From: Pedobacter sp.
GTDB lineage: Bacteria > Bacteroidota > Bacteroidia > Sphingobacteriales > Sphingobacteriaceae
Direction: 5' to 3'
Assembly (NCBI RefSeq): GCF_040513095.1
Contig: NZ_JBEVDX010000035.1
Span: forward strand, 13,768-77,767
Length of the DNA: 64,000 bases
Shown here one piece after another: positions 1 through 9,138 of the stretch. Positions within the stretch are counted from its first letter, which is position 1, and every line of letters begins with the position of its first letter. Both the position numbers and the translations under genes were made by a program. The notes under the pieces were generated by a model that made no database searches, had not been told where the DNA came from, and saw only the letters and a list, made by a program, of their open reading frames with translations.

Positions 1-1
1 T

Positions 2-571
2 CAGAAACAATTGCTTTATGAACTGGGCCGCGGTATGCTGAAACATGGCGGTTACGGAGAGATTGGAATGGATCATTTTACGCTTGAATCTGACAGTCTT
101 TACGCTGCGGAGAAGGATGGCAGGCTGCACCGGAATTTTATGGGCTACACTCACCAGTATAGCGAACTGATGGTCGGACTAGGTGTTTCATCAATCAGTG
201 ACAGCTGGACAGCTTTCGCACAAAATGTAAAAAAAGTTGAAGATTATCTTGAGCTTGTCAATGCAGGTGAAATGCCTGTTTTTAAAGGACATATCCTCAG
301 TGATGAAGATTTGGTAATCAGGAAGCACATCTTAAATCTGATGTGTACAGGCAAAACATCATGGACTTTGCCAGGACACCGGCATCCGGCATTATTTGAG
401 GGGCTGGATCGCATGAAGCTTATTGCTGAGGACGGACTCGTTATTCTTAAAGAACAGCAGCTTGAAGTTACACCGAAGGGCAAACGTTTTTTACGGAATA
501 TTTGTATGGCGCTGGATTCCCGTTTGTGGGCTAACCAGGCGCAAACGCAATTATTCAGCATGGCAGGATAA
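2..571 (+). CDS. hemN: Oxygen-independent coproporphyrinogen III oxidase (radical-SAM HemN), C-terminal part; the 5' end lies outside the window
   Basis: Reading frame is open to the left edge. The translation (HRNFMGYTHQY, GVSSISD, ILSDEDLVIRKHILNLMC) matches the HemN C-terminal domain. Convergent with the cco cluster. Confidence 0.85.
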   Translation, partial: QKQLLYELGRGMLKHGGYGEIGMDHFTLESDSLYAAEKDGRLHRNFMGYTHQYSELMVGLGVSSISDSWTAFAQNVKKVEDYLELVNAGEMPVFKGHILSDEDLVIRKHILNLMCTGKTSWTLPGHRHPALFEGLDRMKLIAEDGLVILKEQQLEVTPKGKRFLRNICMALDSRLWANQAQTQLFSMAG

Positions 572-601
572 TGACAAAAGCAAACAGGCGCAAATAAATT
601 C

Positions 602-1285
602 TTATCTGCACTCAGCTGCAGTGCTGCCTGAAGGAGCGGGACTAAAATAAGGGATGTCCAGCTCCAGTCCGCGGAATATAAACCAAAGTCCCAGGCAAAT
701 CATAAAATAAGGTACTACATTATTGATCTTTCTCCTGAATAGCGCAGTGGTAAAACCTGCGCTGATCCCTGCAATGAACATCAGCGGCAAAGTTCCCAGT
801 CCATACCAGAACATGTAACTTACAGCAGAGCTTACTGCGCCGGTGTTTAGTGCCCCGGCCAGGGCGAGATAGACAAAACCACAGGGCAGAAAACCATTGA
901 TGATCCCAATGATCAGGTGGTTTGCTTTGTGTTTAAGCGCGTAACCAAAGACTTTGTTAAAGGGTTTGATGAAAACAGCATCCGGATGGCCAATAGAAAA
1001 CCTGAATACTCTGGAGGCTGCTGCGGTAATGATCAGCAAACCACATAAGATACTCAGGCCCTGCTGTACTCCGGCCAGCCATATCTGCCTCCCAGCGAAA
1101 CCAATCAATATTCCCAGTAAACAATACGAGGTAATCCTGCCAGCCTGATAGCTGAGTTTATTAAAGATCAGGTATCCCCATCCTGTTCGAAATGAAGGAA
1201 CTGCAAATGCAAGGGGGCCACACATTCCTACGCAATGTATACTTCCAAGCAAACCAATCATAAAAGCCAGGTTTTGATAACTCAT
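602..1285 (-). CDS. Multi-pass membrane protein of the TauE/SafE or DsbD_2-like family; last gene of the cco cluster
   Basis: 227 aa and very hydrophobic. N-terminal GSIHCVGMCGP motif is typical of the cco-associated DsbD_2/TauE-like proteins. Same strand as fixH, 54 nt downstream. Confidence 0.7.
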   Translation of the reverse strand: MSYQNLAFMIGLLGSIHCVGMCGPLAFAVPSFRTGWGYLIFNKLSYQAGRITSYCLLGILIGFAGRQIWLAGVQQGLSILCGLLIITAAASRVFRFSIGHPDAVFIKPFNKVFGYALKHKANHLIIGIINGFLPCGFVYLALAGALNTGAVSSAVSYMFWYGLGTLPLMFIAGISAGFTTALFRRKINNVVPYFMICLGLWFIFRGLELDIPYFSPAPSGSTAAECR

Positions 1286-1339
1286 GATGTAATGATATCG
1301 AGATATAAAGATGTAATGATGTGTGACTTATGCTTCTTG

Positions 1340-1762
1340 CTAAAGAATGATTTCCTGCTCGTAGAGATAACTTTTTTCCTTGCTTATCCATTCAATGATT
1401 AACCGCCATGACCCGTTCTTCAACTGTTTTGAAGGGATAATCACCTGGTTGTTTATATTGCTTTCAAAAGGCACAGCTCTGTCCAATGCCTTGTCCGACG
1501 TCCTCATGAGTGTGGCGGTACCCTTCGCATGCTGCATGAACCGTATAATGATCATGTCCTGATTTGCAGATACAACCGGTGTAGCATGATCGTTTTTAGT
1601 CTGCTCTTTCCGGTTATATACCTTGTTGTAATTGATACCTTTTTCGTAATAATCTGTATCAACCAGCGCGTCTTTCCTGCTGTCGAACATGAGCAGTACC
1701 ATGACTATGATAAAGAGCATAAAGCTGGCCATACCTAATATGAGTTTCATTCCCCAGTTCAT
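1340..1762 (-). CDS. ccoH: FixH/CcoH family cbb3 oxidase assembly protein
   Basis: 140 aa with one N-terminal TM helix followed by DTDYYEKG, a FixH-like motif. Sits 3 nt downstream of ccoG. Confidence 0.75.
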   Translation of the reverse strand: MNWGMKLILGMASFMLFIIVMVLLMFDSRKDALVDTDYYEKGINYNKVYNRKEQTKNDHATPVVSANQDMIIIRFMQHAKGTATLMRTSDKALDRAVPFESNINNQVIIPSKQLKNGSWRLIIEWISKEKSYLYEQEIIL

Positions 1763-1765
1763 AAT

Positions 1766-3145
1766 TTAATCGTTAGGAGGTGCAATAAATGTGGTTTCAA
1801 TATGATCAAGCTGTTTCCCGGCAGACAGCAGTCTGAAACCTATGGCAGATTTATACTGCCGGATTGAAGACTGTGGCAGGATCACAAAAAAGGTAATTTT
1901 AATACTGGCGCCGGCGGCCAGCTGATTGTCTTTCTGGATATACTGGATTTTTGCAGCCCTGTCATCCGGTACGATCTCAAATCTAAGTTGATGTGTAGTC
2001 TTGTTAACCAGTTCTGCATTGTACAGGTTACTTACTGTATGTTCCTTGTCGCGCAGCTGATAAAGTGTTCCGCCAGCCCGGAGAATGGTAGTTTCCACGT
2101 CACTTCTTTTCAGGAGCAGGTATGTCAGTGTACCAAGCAACAGGAAAAGTATAGCAGCATAGCCATAAACTCTTTTGTTCAGCGTTAAGGATTCTTTCTG
2201 CAGGATCTCATCTTCAGATTTAAAACCAATCAGCCGGATTGGCCTCCCAATCTTGTCCATCACCATATCGCAGGCGTCAATGCAGGCAGTACAGTTAACG
2301 CACTCCATCTGCGTACCGTTCCTAATGTCAATACCTGTAGGACAGACCTGCACGCACAAACCGCAGTCGATACAATCTCCTTTGAGTTTTTTCCCTCTGG
2401 GTTCTCCCCGCTGATAATCGTATGCTACAATAATGCTCTCGTTATCGAGTAAAACTCCCTGGAGTCGCCCGTAAGGACAAACCACCGTGCAAACCAGCTC
2501 CCTCATCCTGGAAAATACAAGATAGAAAACCAGCGTAAACAAAATGATGGAGATGAAACCCGACAGATGCTCAGCGACAGGCTCCTTTATAATGGTTATC
2601 AAAGTAGTACTGCCGATCAGATAAGACAAAAAGATGTTGGCAATAAGGAAAGAGATCAGCAGATACACACCATGCTTCGCTATTTTTTTTGCTGCCTTTT
2701 TTGTGGTTAACGGTCCGTCATCCAGAACCTTCCGTTGTGCAGGACTGCCTTCTACCCAAGCTTCGATCCTCCGGAATACCATTTCCAGGAAGATCGTTTG
2801 CGGGCAGATCCAGCCACAGAAGACCCTTCCGAATACGACTGTGAACAACACGATGAAGATCATGAAAGAAATCAGCGCCAGTACAAAAAGATAAAAATCC
2901 TGTGGCCAGAAGATGAGGCCAAAAAATACAAATTTGCGTTCCGGTACATTCAACAAAACCAGCTGTTCACCGTTTAGCCGAATGAAGGGCGTGGCAAACA
3001 GCAGGAGCAGAAAAGAGTAGCTGATGAGGGCACGATAACGAAACAGCTTACCCTTAATAAGTTTAGGGTAAAGCCATTTCCTCTTGTTTCCGTCATTAGT
3101 AACCTTATTGATCTGGTCTCGGAATTTTGCTGAATTTTGTGACAT
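1766..3145 (-). CDS. ccoG: Cytochrome c oxidase accessory protein CcoG (membrane 4Fe-4S ferredoxin)
   Basis: 459 aa with TM helices plus two ferredoxin Cys clusters (CIDCGLCVQVCP and CVNCTACIDAC). Lies in the cco operon. Confidence 0.9.
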   Translation of the reverse strand: MSQNSAKFRDQINKVTNDGNKRKWLYPKLIKGKLFRYRALISYSFLLLLFATPFIRLNGEQLVLLNVPERKFVFFGLIFWPQDFYLFVLALISFMIFIVLFTVVFGRVFCGWICPQTIFLEMVFRRIEAWVEGSPAQRKVLDDGPLTTKKAAKKIAKHGVYLLISFLIANIFLSYLIGSTTLITIIKEPVAEHLSGFISIILFTLVFYLVFSRMRELVCTVVCPYGRLQGVLLDNESIIVAYDYQRGEPRGKKLKGDCIDCGLCVQVCPTGIDIRNGTQMECVNCTACIDACDMVMDKIGRPIRLIGFKSEDEILQKESLTLNKRVYGYAAILFLLLGTLTYLLLKRSDVETTILRAGGTLYQLRDKEHTVSNLYNAELVNKTTHQLRFEIVPDDRAAKIQYIQKDNQLAAGASIKITFFVILPQSSIRQYKSAIGFRLLSAGKQLDHIETTFIAPPND

Positions 3146-3159
3146 TTCAGGGTTTTTAT

Positions 3160-3996
3160 TTATTCCTTATTACCTTGCGGTGCTTTTGGACCGGCAGGGT
3201 TTGTTCCCTGTAGGGACAACACGTAATTGGCGATGTCTGAGATTTGCTGGGCGCTCATGGATTTCTCCCAGGAGATCATTCCTTTTTCGGTGACGCCATA
3301 CTTAATAGTCTTGAATACGTCTTTTATCTTTCCGCCGTGCAGCCAGTATTCATCGGTCAGATTTGGTCCGACCAATCCCTGGGCATGGTCGCCATGACAA
3401 GGCGGGCAGCGGGTGGCAAATAAGGCTTGTCCGCTTTTGAGGACTGCTGCATCCTTGCTGAGTACAATGTTATTTTCATTAACAGCACTGGCAGCATTTT
3501 CCGGACTGGCCAGGAAACTGAGCTTGTCATCAGCTGCTTTTTGCAGCTCCGTTACGTATTCTTCCTCCTGTGATTTACCATAGTGGAATACATGGTAGTT
3601 CAGCAGATAGCCGATCCCGAAGATGATGGTTCCGTAGAATAAAGCCATGAACCATGCCGGTGTAGGATTGTTTAATTCAGAAATTCCGTCAAATTTATGG
3701 TCCATTACGAGGTCGGCTTCCTCGCTAATAGGTTTCAGCTGCATCAGCTTTGTCCATATTGATGGTTTCTTCTTCTGAAGTGCCTGCAGCGCTTCCTCTT
3801 CCAGTTGTCTTTGTGCTTTTTCGTCTGCGCTAGCAAAAGGTGTAGGGTTAATAGTTTCTTTCACATAAAACCGGATCACCCGCAGCAGGAGAAGGGAAAC
3901 CCATAGTACAATTACTGAGGTGGTCACCATCATAGCGATGACAATGTCCACAGAAGTGATACTGTCAGTCCAGCTGCTGTTAATTACCTCTTTCAT
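3160..3996 (-). CDS. ccoP: cbb3-type cytochrome c oxidase subunit CcoP, mono-heme form
   Basis: 278 aa with N-terminal TM helices and the CcoP N-terminal-like region (DHKFDGISELNNPTPAWF). Contains a single CxxCH (CPPCHGDH). Confidence 0.85.
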   Translation of the reverse strand: MKEVINSSWTDSITSVDIVIAMMVTTSVIVLWVSLLLLRVIRFYVKETINPTPFASADEKAQRQLEEEALQALQKKKPSIWTKLMQLKPISEEADLVMDHKFDGISELNNPTPAWFMALFYGTIIFGIGYLLNYHVFHYGKSQEEEYVTELQKAADDKLSFLASPENAASAVNENNIVLSKDAAVLKSGQALFATRCPPCHGDHAQGLVGPNLTDEYWLHGGKIKDVFKTIKYGVTEKGMISWEKSMSAQQISDIANYVLSLQGTNPAGPKAPQGNKE

Positions 3997-4159
3997 CGTC
4001 TTCGTCTTTTAATGGGAGTTCGCTCATATATTTGATGTCATCTTTTTTCATGCTGAGCACAAAAATGCCTACCAGGATAAAAAAGATGAGGAAGATGGCT
4101 AACGAGCTGAGCAGATACCCCTGGTTTCCCTCAGCATTTTCTAAAAATTGCTTGAACAT
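3980..4159 (-). CDS. ccoQ: CcoQ/FixQ-like small membrane subunit of cbb3 oxidase (59 aa; absent from the supplied ORF track)
   Basis: Hand translation of the minus strand from the ATG at 4159: MFKQFLENAEGNQGYLLSSLAIFLIFFILVGIFVLSMKKDDIKYMSELPLKDEDDERGN, then stop. It has one TM helix and the KK...MSELPL tail typical of Bacteroidota CcoQ. It fills the ccoNO-ccoP gap and overlaps the ccoP start by 17 nt. Confidence 0.6.
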   Translation of the reverse strand: MFKQFLENAEGNQGYLLSSLAIFLIFFILVGIFVLSMKKDDIKYMSELPLKDEDDERGN

Positions 4160-4177
4160 GTCTTGGTTGTATTGATG

Positions 4178-6289
4178 TTACTTTGCTTTAATATCTGTTC
4201 CGAGGCGTTGCAGGTAAGCTACAATAGCAATGATCTCCCTGTCACTTTTCACTTTGATGTTATTTTGTTTCAGGTCTGCAGCTATGCTTCGCGCCTGTTT
4301 TTCCAATGCAGCGTTGGCCATTAGTTCGTATCCTGTTGCGTACGGCACACCAAGTGAACGCATTGCTTTGATCTTTGAGCGGGTAGTGGTAGTATCCAGT
4401 TGCTGATTAATCAGCCATTCGTATGGCGGCATGATACTTCCCGGAGACATAGTTTGCGGATCAAAAAGGTGGTTATAGTGCCAGGCGTTGCCATACTTGC
4501 CACCTTCACGCTGCAGGTCAGGGCCGGTACGTTTGGAGCCCCAGAGAAAGGGGTGATCATAGACAAATTCACCGGCTTTGCTGTATTCACCATAACGTTC
4601 AGTTTCGGAGCGGAAAGGACGGATCATCTGGGAGTGGCAGTTTACACAACCTTCCCTAATGTACAGGTCGCGCCCCTGCAGTTCCAGCGGGCTATACGGT
4701 TTTACGCTGGTAATGGTAGGAATATTGGATTTGATGGTGAAGGTAGGCATCATCTCTACCATCCCGCCAATCAGAATCACCACAAGTGAAAGCACCAGGA
4801 AAAGCAATGGTTTGCGTTCTAGGAAGCGGTGCCATTTTTTATCGGTTCCCTGTGCAACAAATACGGATGGTAAAGGACTTGCTTCTGCGGCTTCGTCAGC
4901 AACGAGACTGCCTGCGGTCATCGTTTTGATTAAGTTGTAACTCATCACGATTACGCCGGTAAGATACAATCCACCACCAAGCGCACGCATCATGTACATC
5001 GGCAGGATCTGTTTAAGGGTCTCCAGGAAGTTGGGATATTTCAGCAATCCTTCTGGAGTAAATTCTTTCCACATGAGGCCTTGTGTAAAACCGGCAAAAT
5101 AAAGCGGAACGGCATAAAATATGATTCCCAGTGTACCTATCCAGAAGTGGAATGAAGCAAGTTTTACCGAATACAGGGTGGTATTGTAGATCCTTGGAAT
5201 AATCCAGTACAGTACAGCAAAAGTCAGGAAGCCGTTCCATCCCAAAGCACCAACGTGTACGTGTGCTACTATCCAGTCAGTATAGTGTGCAATTGCATTG
5301 ATCTGTTTTAAGGCAAGCATTGGCCCCTCAAAAGTTGCCATCCCATAACAGGTAATCCCCACTACCATAAATTTTAGTCGCGGATCCTCCCTTACTTTAT
5401 CCCATGCACCGCGCAGGGTGAGCAGGCCATTGATCATACCGCCCCAGCTTGGTGCGATGAGCATGATAGAAAAAACTGTACTTAAAGATTGGACCCAGGC
5501 AGGCAATGAAGTGTAAAGCAGATGATGCGGTCCGGCCCAGATATAAATAAAGATGAGCGACCAGAAATGGAGTATGCTCAGTTTATAGGAATATACCGGC
5601 CGGTTAGCCATTTTAGGCAGGTAATAATACATCATGCCCAGATAGGGGGTAGTCAGGAAAAAGGCTACTGCATTATGCCCGTACCACCATTGTACGAGTG
5701 CATCCTGAACTCCTGCATAAACATAATAGCTCTTAAAGAAGGAGACAGGAAGTTCTACAGAGTTCACAATATGTAGTACAGCTACAGTAACGAAGGTGGC
5801 GATGTAAAACCAGATCGCAACATACATATGCTTTTCACGCCGCCTGAATATGGTACCAAACATATTGATACCAAATACTACCCAGATAAGCGTAATTCCG
5901 ATATCGATCGGCCACTCCATTTCTGCATACTCATGTGATGTGGTAAAGCCCAGTGGAAGTGTAATGGCGGTGGCCACGATAATCAGTTGCCAGCCCCAGA
6001 AGTGGATATGGCTTAGGATATCGCTGAACATCCTGGCCTTCAGCAGGCGCTGTAATGAATAGTAAACACCCATAAAGATGGCATTGCCAACAAATGCAAA
6101 GATAACCGCATTGGTGTGCAGTGGCCTGATGCGTCCAAATGTGGTATACTGGCTGCCCATGTTCATGGCGGGCTTAAAGAGCTGCATGGCTGCCAGTAGC
6201 CCAACCGTCATTCCTATTATGCCCCATACCACGGTAGCGATAGCGAAATTCCTGACGGTTTTGTTGTCGTAGTAAAACTTTTCGGTCAT
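4178..6289 (-). CDS. ccoNO: cbb3-type cytochrome c oxidase, fused subunits I and II (CcoN-CcoO)
   Basis: 703 aa. The N-terminal ~470 aa is a heme-copper oxidase subunit I fold with many TM helices and conserved His. The C-terminal part has one TM helix plus CVNCHSQMIRP (CxxCH) and the FixO-like WGSKRTGPDL motif. Confidence 0.95.
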   Translation of the reverse strand: MTEKFYYDNKTVRNFAIATVVWGIIGMTVGLLAAMQLFKPAMNMGSQYTTFGRIRPLHTNAVIFAFVGNAIFMGVYYSLQRLLKARMFSDILSHIHFWGWQLIIVATAITLPLGFTTSHEYAEMEWPIDIGITLIWVVFGINMFGTIFRRREKHMYVAIWFYIATFVTVAVLHIVNSVELPVSFFKSYYVYAGVQDALVQWWYGHNAVAFFLTTPYLGMMYYYLPKMANRPVYSYKLSILHFWSLIFIYIWAGPHHLLYTSLPAWVQSLSTVFSIMLIAPSWGGMINGLLTLRGAWDKVREDPRLKFMVVGITCYGMATFEGPMLALKQINAIAHYTDWIVAHVHVGALGWNGFLTFAVLYWIIPRIYNTTLYSVKLASFHFWIGTLGIIFYAVPLYFAGFTQGLMWKEFTPEGLLKYPNFLETLKQILPMYMMRALGGGLYLTGVIVMSYNLIKTMTAGSLVADEAAEASPLPSVFVAQGTDKKWHRFLERKPLLFLVLSLVVILIGGMVEMMPTFTIKSNIPTITSVKPYSPLELQGRDLYIREGCVNCHSQMIRPFRSETERYGEYSKAGEFVYDHPFLWGSKRTGPDLQREGGKYGNAWHYNHLFDPQTMSPGSIMPPYEWLINQQLDTTTTRSKIKAMRSLGVPYATGYELMANAALEKQARSIAADLKQNNIKVKSDREIIAIVAYLQRLGTDIKAK

Positions 6290-6357
6290 GTGAAAAAACG
6301 TATTATGATTGTGCTGGTAAAAATATGTTTTGCAGGGGGGCGGGGGAGTGATCTCAA

Positions 6358-6546
6358 TTATCGTTGGATATGATCTTCGTCACTTTGATTTTCTTCAGGC
6401 TCTTCCGGCGGGTCGTCAAAGAGCATTCTGACGGATGGAGTGTACATGTCATCATTCTGACCGGATTTGTTGGCCCATACAAATGCCATTAAAAAAAGTA
6501 CAGCCAGTACAATACTCAGTCCGAGCAGGGGATAGATAATGTTCAT
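6358..6546 (-). CDS. ccoS: cbb3 oxidase maturation protein CcoS
   Basis: 62 aa with a single TM helix and an acidic tail, matching the CcoS/FixS pattern. Overlaps the ccoI stop by 4 nt. Confidence 0.85.
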   Translation of the reverse strand: MNIIYPLLGLSIVLAVLFLMAFVWANKSGQNDDMYTPSVRMLFDDPPEEPEENQSDEDHIQR

Positions 6547-8933
6547 AAAAGTTTGTTTTTACGCGCGTAAAATCTTGCGCAGAGCGTAGTAAAAAGAATA
6601 ATAGTTACAGTACTCAGAGGCATCAGGATCGCTGCAATAAGTGGCGAGAGTAAGCCCTGCACAGCAAAGAATAAACCTGTTGCATTGTACAGTACAGAAA
6701 TTACGAAACTCATATGAATGACCTTTACGGCGTCTTTTGCCTGACGAATAAATTGGGGGAGCTTTTCAAAGGCCCTTCCGTCAAGAATGGCGTCACAGCC
6801 CGGGGAAAAGTTATTGATATCATCCGTTACTGCTACGCCCAGGTTGCTTTGTCTCAGTGCACCTGCATCGTTCAAACCATCACCAAGCATCATGACTTTC
6901 GCACCGTGGTTTTGCAGGTTAAGGATGTAGTCCAGTTTGTTTTGGGGGCTTTGTTTAAAATGCAGTTGCTGCATCCTTGTGAAAAATGGAGTTAACAATT
7001 CCCTGTCCTGGTCCTGATCTCCGGAAAGCAGGTGCAGGTCCTGATCCCTGGCCAGTTTTAAAGCAAGCTGTTTAAAGCCTGCCCTCCAGCGCTGTTCAGA
7101 GCGGAAGTATCCATAATATTTATCATCAATCAGAACATGGACCACACTAGCTTTGTCCACTGTGCTGATACCCAAAAATGCAGCACTGCCTATTTTTAGC
7201 TGATGTCCATTGACGATTCCGGTGATGCCGCGGCCTACCTGTTCCCTGTACTGATCCACGGGATGAACTGCAGTTCTGTCCAGCCATTTTACCAGCTCCC
7301 GGCTTAGTGGATGCCCTGAATTGCGTGCGAGATCGCTCAGTAGCTGCTTTTCTTCTCTGCCGAGCGAGCCGGTAAATTCAAAACCATTGGCTGCCGGATT
7401 GGTAATTGTTCCCGTTTTATCGAATACCACCGTGTTGATCCTGGCAAGTTCTTCTATAACAGCAGTGCTTTTCAGGTAAAATTTACTTTTATCGAAGATG
7501 CTCAGTACGGCGGCAAGGGTAAATGGAGAACTGAGCGCCAGTGCGCAGGGACAGGCGATGATCAGCACCGCAGTAAATGATGCCGCTGCTTTGTTGCTAT
7601 CGGTATTGATCCAGAACAGGCCGGCAGCAGTTGCGATCAGGAGCAAAGCAATGCTAAAATATTTACTGGCAGTGTTACTGAAAGTCTGTATAGGATCTTT
7701 TTCGCCTGCGAAGGTTTCATTGTTCCATAATTTGGTGAGGTAACTTTGTGAAACGGGTTTCACTACTTCAAGTTCGATGGCCCCCATCAACTGTCTTCCG
7801 CCGGCATAAATGATTTCACCCAGTTCTTTTTTTACAGGCAGTGATTCGCCGGTTACAAAACCAAAATCCAGCTTTGCCTCTCCTTTGAGCAGTAACGCAT
7901 CGGCGGGAATGATCTCATTGCTGCGGATCAGGATGCGATCGCCCGTTTTTAGCTCATTCAGCGGAACCGGTTGTTCTTTTCCGCTGACTATACAGCTGAC
8001 GGCCACCGGAAAGTAGGAACGGTAATCACGCTCAAAGGAAAGGTAATGATAGGTGCGCTGCTGCATCCATTTGCCGATCAGAATAAAAAACACAAGTGAG
8101 CAGAGGGTATCTATAAAGCCTGCTCCGGTATGGGTGATGATCTCTATAGCTGAGCGGATAAACATCACCGCAATGCCCAGTGCAAGGGGAAAATCCAGGT
8201 TCAGTATTCCTTTTCTGAGATTTGTCCATGCGGATATGAAGTAGTCACGTGCGCTGTATAGCAGAACCGGTACCCCAAGGGCCAGGTTGATCCAGTTAAA
8301 GAACGACTTAAAGTTTTGTTCGAAATTGCTGAATCCAAAGTAATCAGGAAAGCTAAGCATCATCACATTGGCGAAGCAAAAACCGGCAACAGCAATTTTG
8401 GTAACCAGGTTTCTCTCTGAATGGTCAGACTGCTGCTGTTTTACCATATCCTGCAGGCTGATTAACGGTTCGTAACCTACTGCCGCCAGCAGTTCAACTA
8501 CCCTGCGCAAGGATATATGCTGGTTTTTGAAAGTAATGCTGACCAGCTTCTTGGGAAAATCGATGCGCGATCCCGAAATGTCCGGATTAATTTTATACAG
8601 GTTTTCCAGCAGCCAGATACAGGAACTGCAATGGATTGCAGGAATAAAAAGTGTTAGTACAGTGATATTGTCGTCCGTATAGTCTACCAGCTCGGACGCA
8701 ATAGATGGCTCGTCAAGATAAGCAAAGTGTGTTGTTTTTTTCTTTTGAGATGCTCCTGGAACGGCATTGTAGGCATAGTAACTTGTAAGATGATGACTCG
8801 AAAGAATAAGGTATACGCTTTTACATCCGGCACAACAGAATTGTTTGTCTGCTGAAGAAAACGGGCTAAGCGGAAGGCTGTCTCCGCAATGATAACATTG
8901 CGTATCTATTGATAGGTTTATCTGCTCTTTCAT
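6543..8933 (-). CDS. ccoI: Heavy-metal (copper) translocating P-type ATPase CcoI/FixI
   Basis: 796 aa with N-terminal Cys pairs (CYHCGD, CCAGCK), an HMA-like CSSC, the CPC TM motif (IIACPCALAL), the DKTGT phosphorylation site and the GDGLND hinge. Confidence 0.9.
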   Translation of the reverse strand: MKEQINLSIDTQCYHCGDSLPLSPFSSADKQFCCAGCKSVYLILSSHHLTSYYAYNAVPGASQKKKTTHFAYLDEPSIASELVDYTDDNITVLTLFIPAIHCSSCIWLLENLYKINPDISGSRIDFPKKLVSITFKNQHISLRRVVELLAAVGYEPLISLQDMVKQQQSDHSERNLVTKIAVAGFCFANVMMLSFPDYFGFSNFEQNFKSFFNWINLALGVPVLLYSARDYFISAWTNLRKGILNLDFPLALGIAVMFIRSAIEIITHTGAGFIDTLCSLVFFILIGKWMQQRTYHYLSFERDYRSYFPVAVSCIVSGKEQPVPLNELKTGDRILIRSNEIIPADALLLKGEAKLDFGFVTGESLPVKKELGEIIYAGGRQLMGAIELEVVKPVSQSYLTKLWNNETFAGEKDPIQTFSNTASKYFSIALLLIATAAGLFWINTDSNKAAASFTAVLIIACPCALALSSPFTLAAVLSIFDKSKFYLKSTAVIEELARINTVVFDKTGTITNPAANGFEFTGSLGREEKQLLSDLARNSGHPLSRELVKWLDRTAVHPVDQYREQVGRGITGIVNGHQLKIGSAAFLGISTVDKASVVHVLIDDKYYGYFRSEQRWRAGFKQLALKLARDQDLHLLSGDQDQDRELLTPFFTRMQQLHFKQSPQNKLDYILNLQNHGAKVMMLGDGLNDAGALRQSNLGVAVTDDINNFSPGCDAILDGRAFEKLPQFIRQAKDAVKVIHMSFVISVLYNATGLFFAVQGLLSPLIAAILMPLSTVTIILFTTLCARFYARKNKLL

Positions 8934-9138
8934 CCTGCTTTTTTAATAACCACAAAAATGGCTGCTGCAATGCCTGGGTAAAATGACCGGAGAAGGCTTA
9001 AAAGATGATAGAAGTCACAATTTATCACAGCTATTTATGTGATATTTCGTATTATTATATAATTTTTGTTAGATGATTAACATATATACATGTATTCTGC
9101 TGATTTATTTATCTTGAAGCCCGTTGCGAACGCCCTAT

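Noticed and set aside
9023-9044. A canonical CRP/FNR box upstream of ccoI.
   Set aside because: The half-sites are everted (TCACA...TGTGA) with an 8-nt spacer, unlike TGTGA-N6-TCACA or TTGAT-N4-ATCAA. It is reported only as an unexplained dyad.
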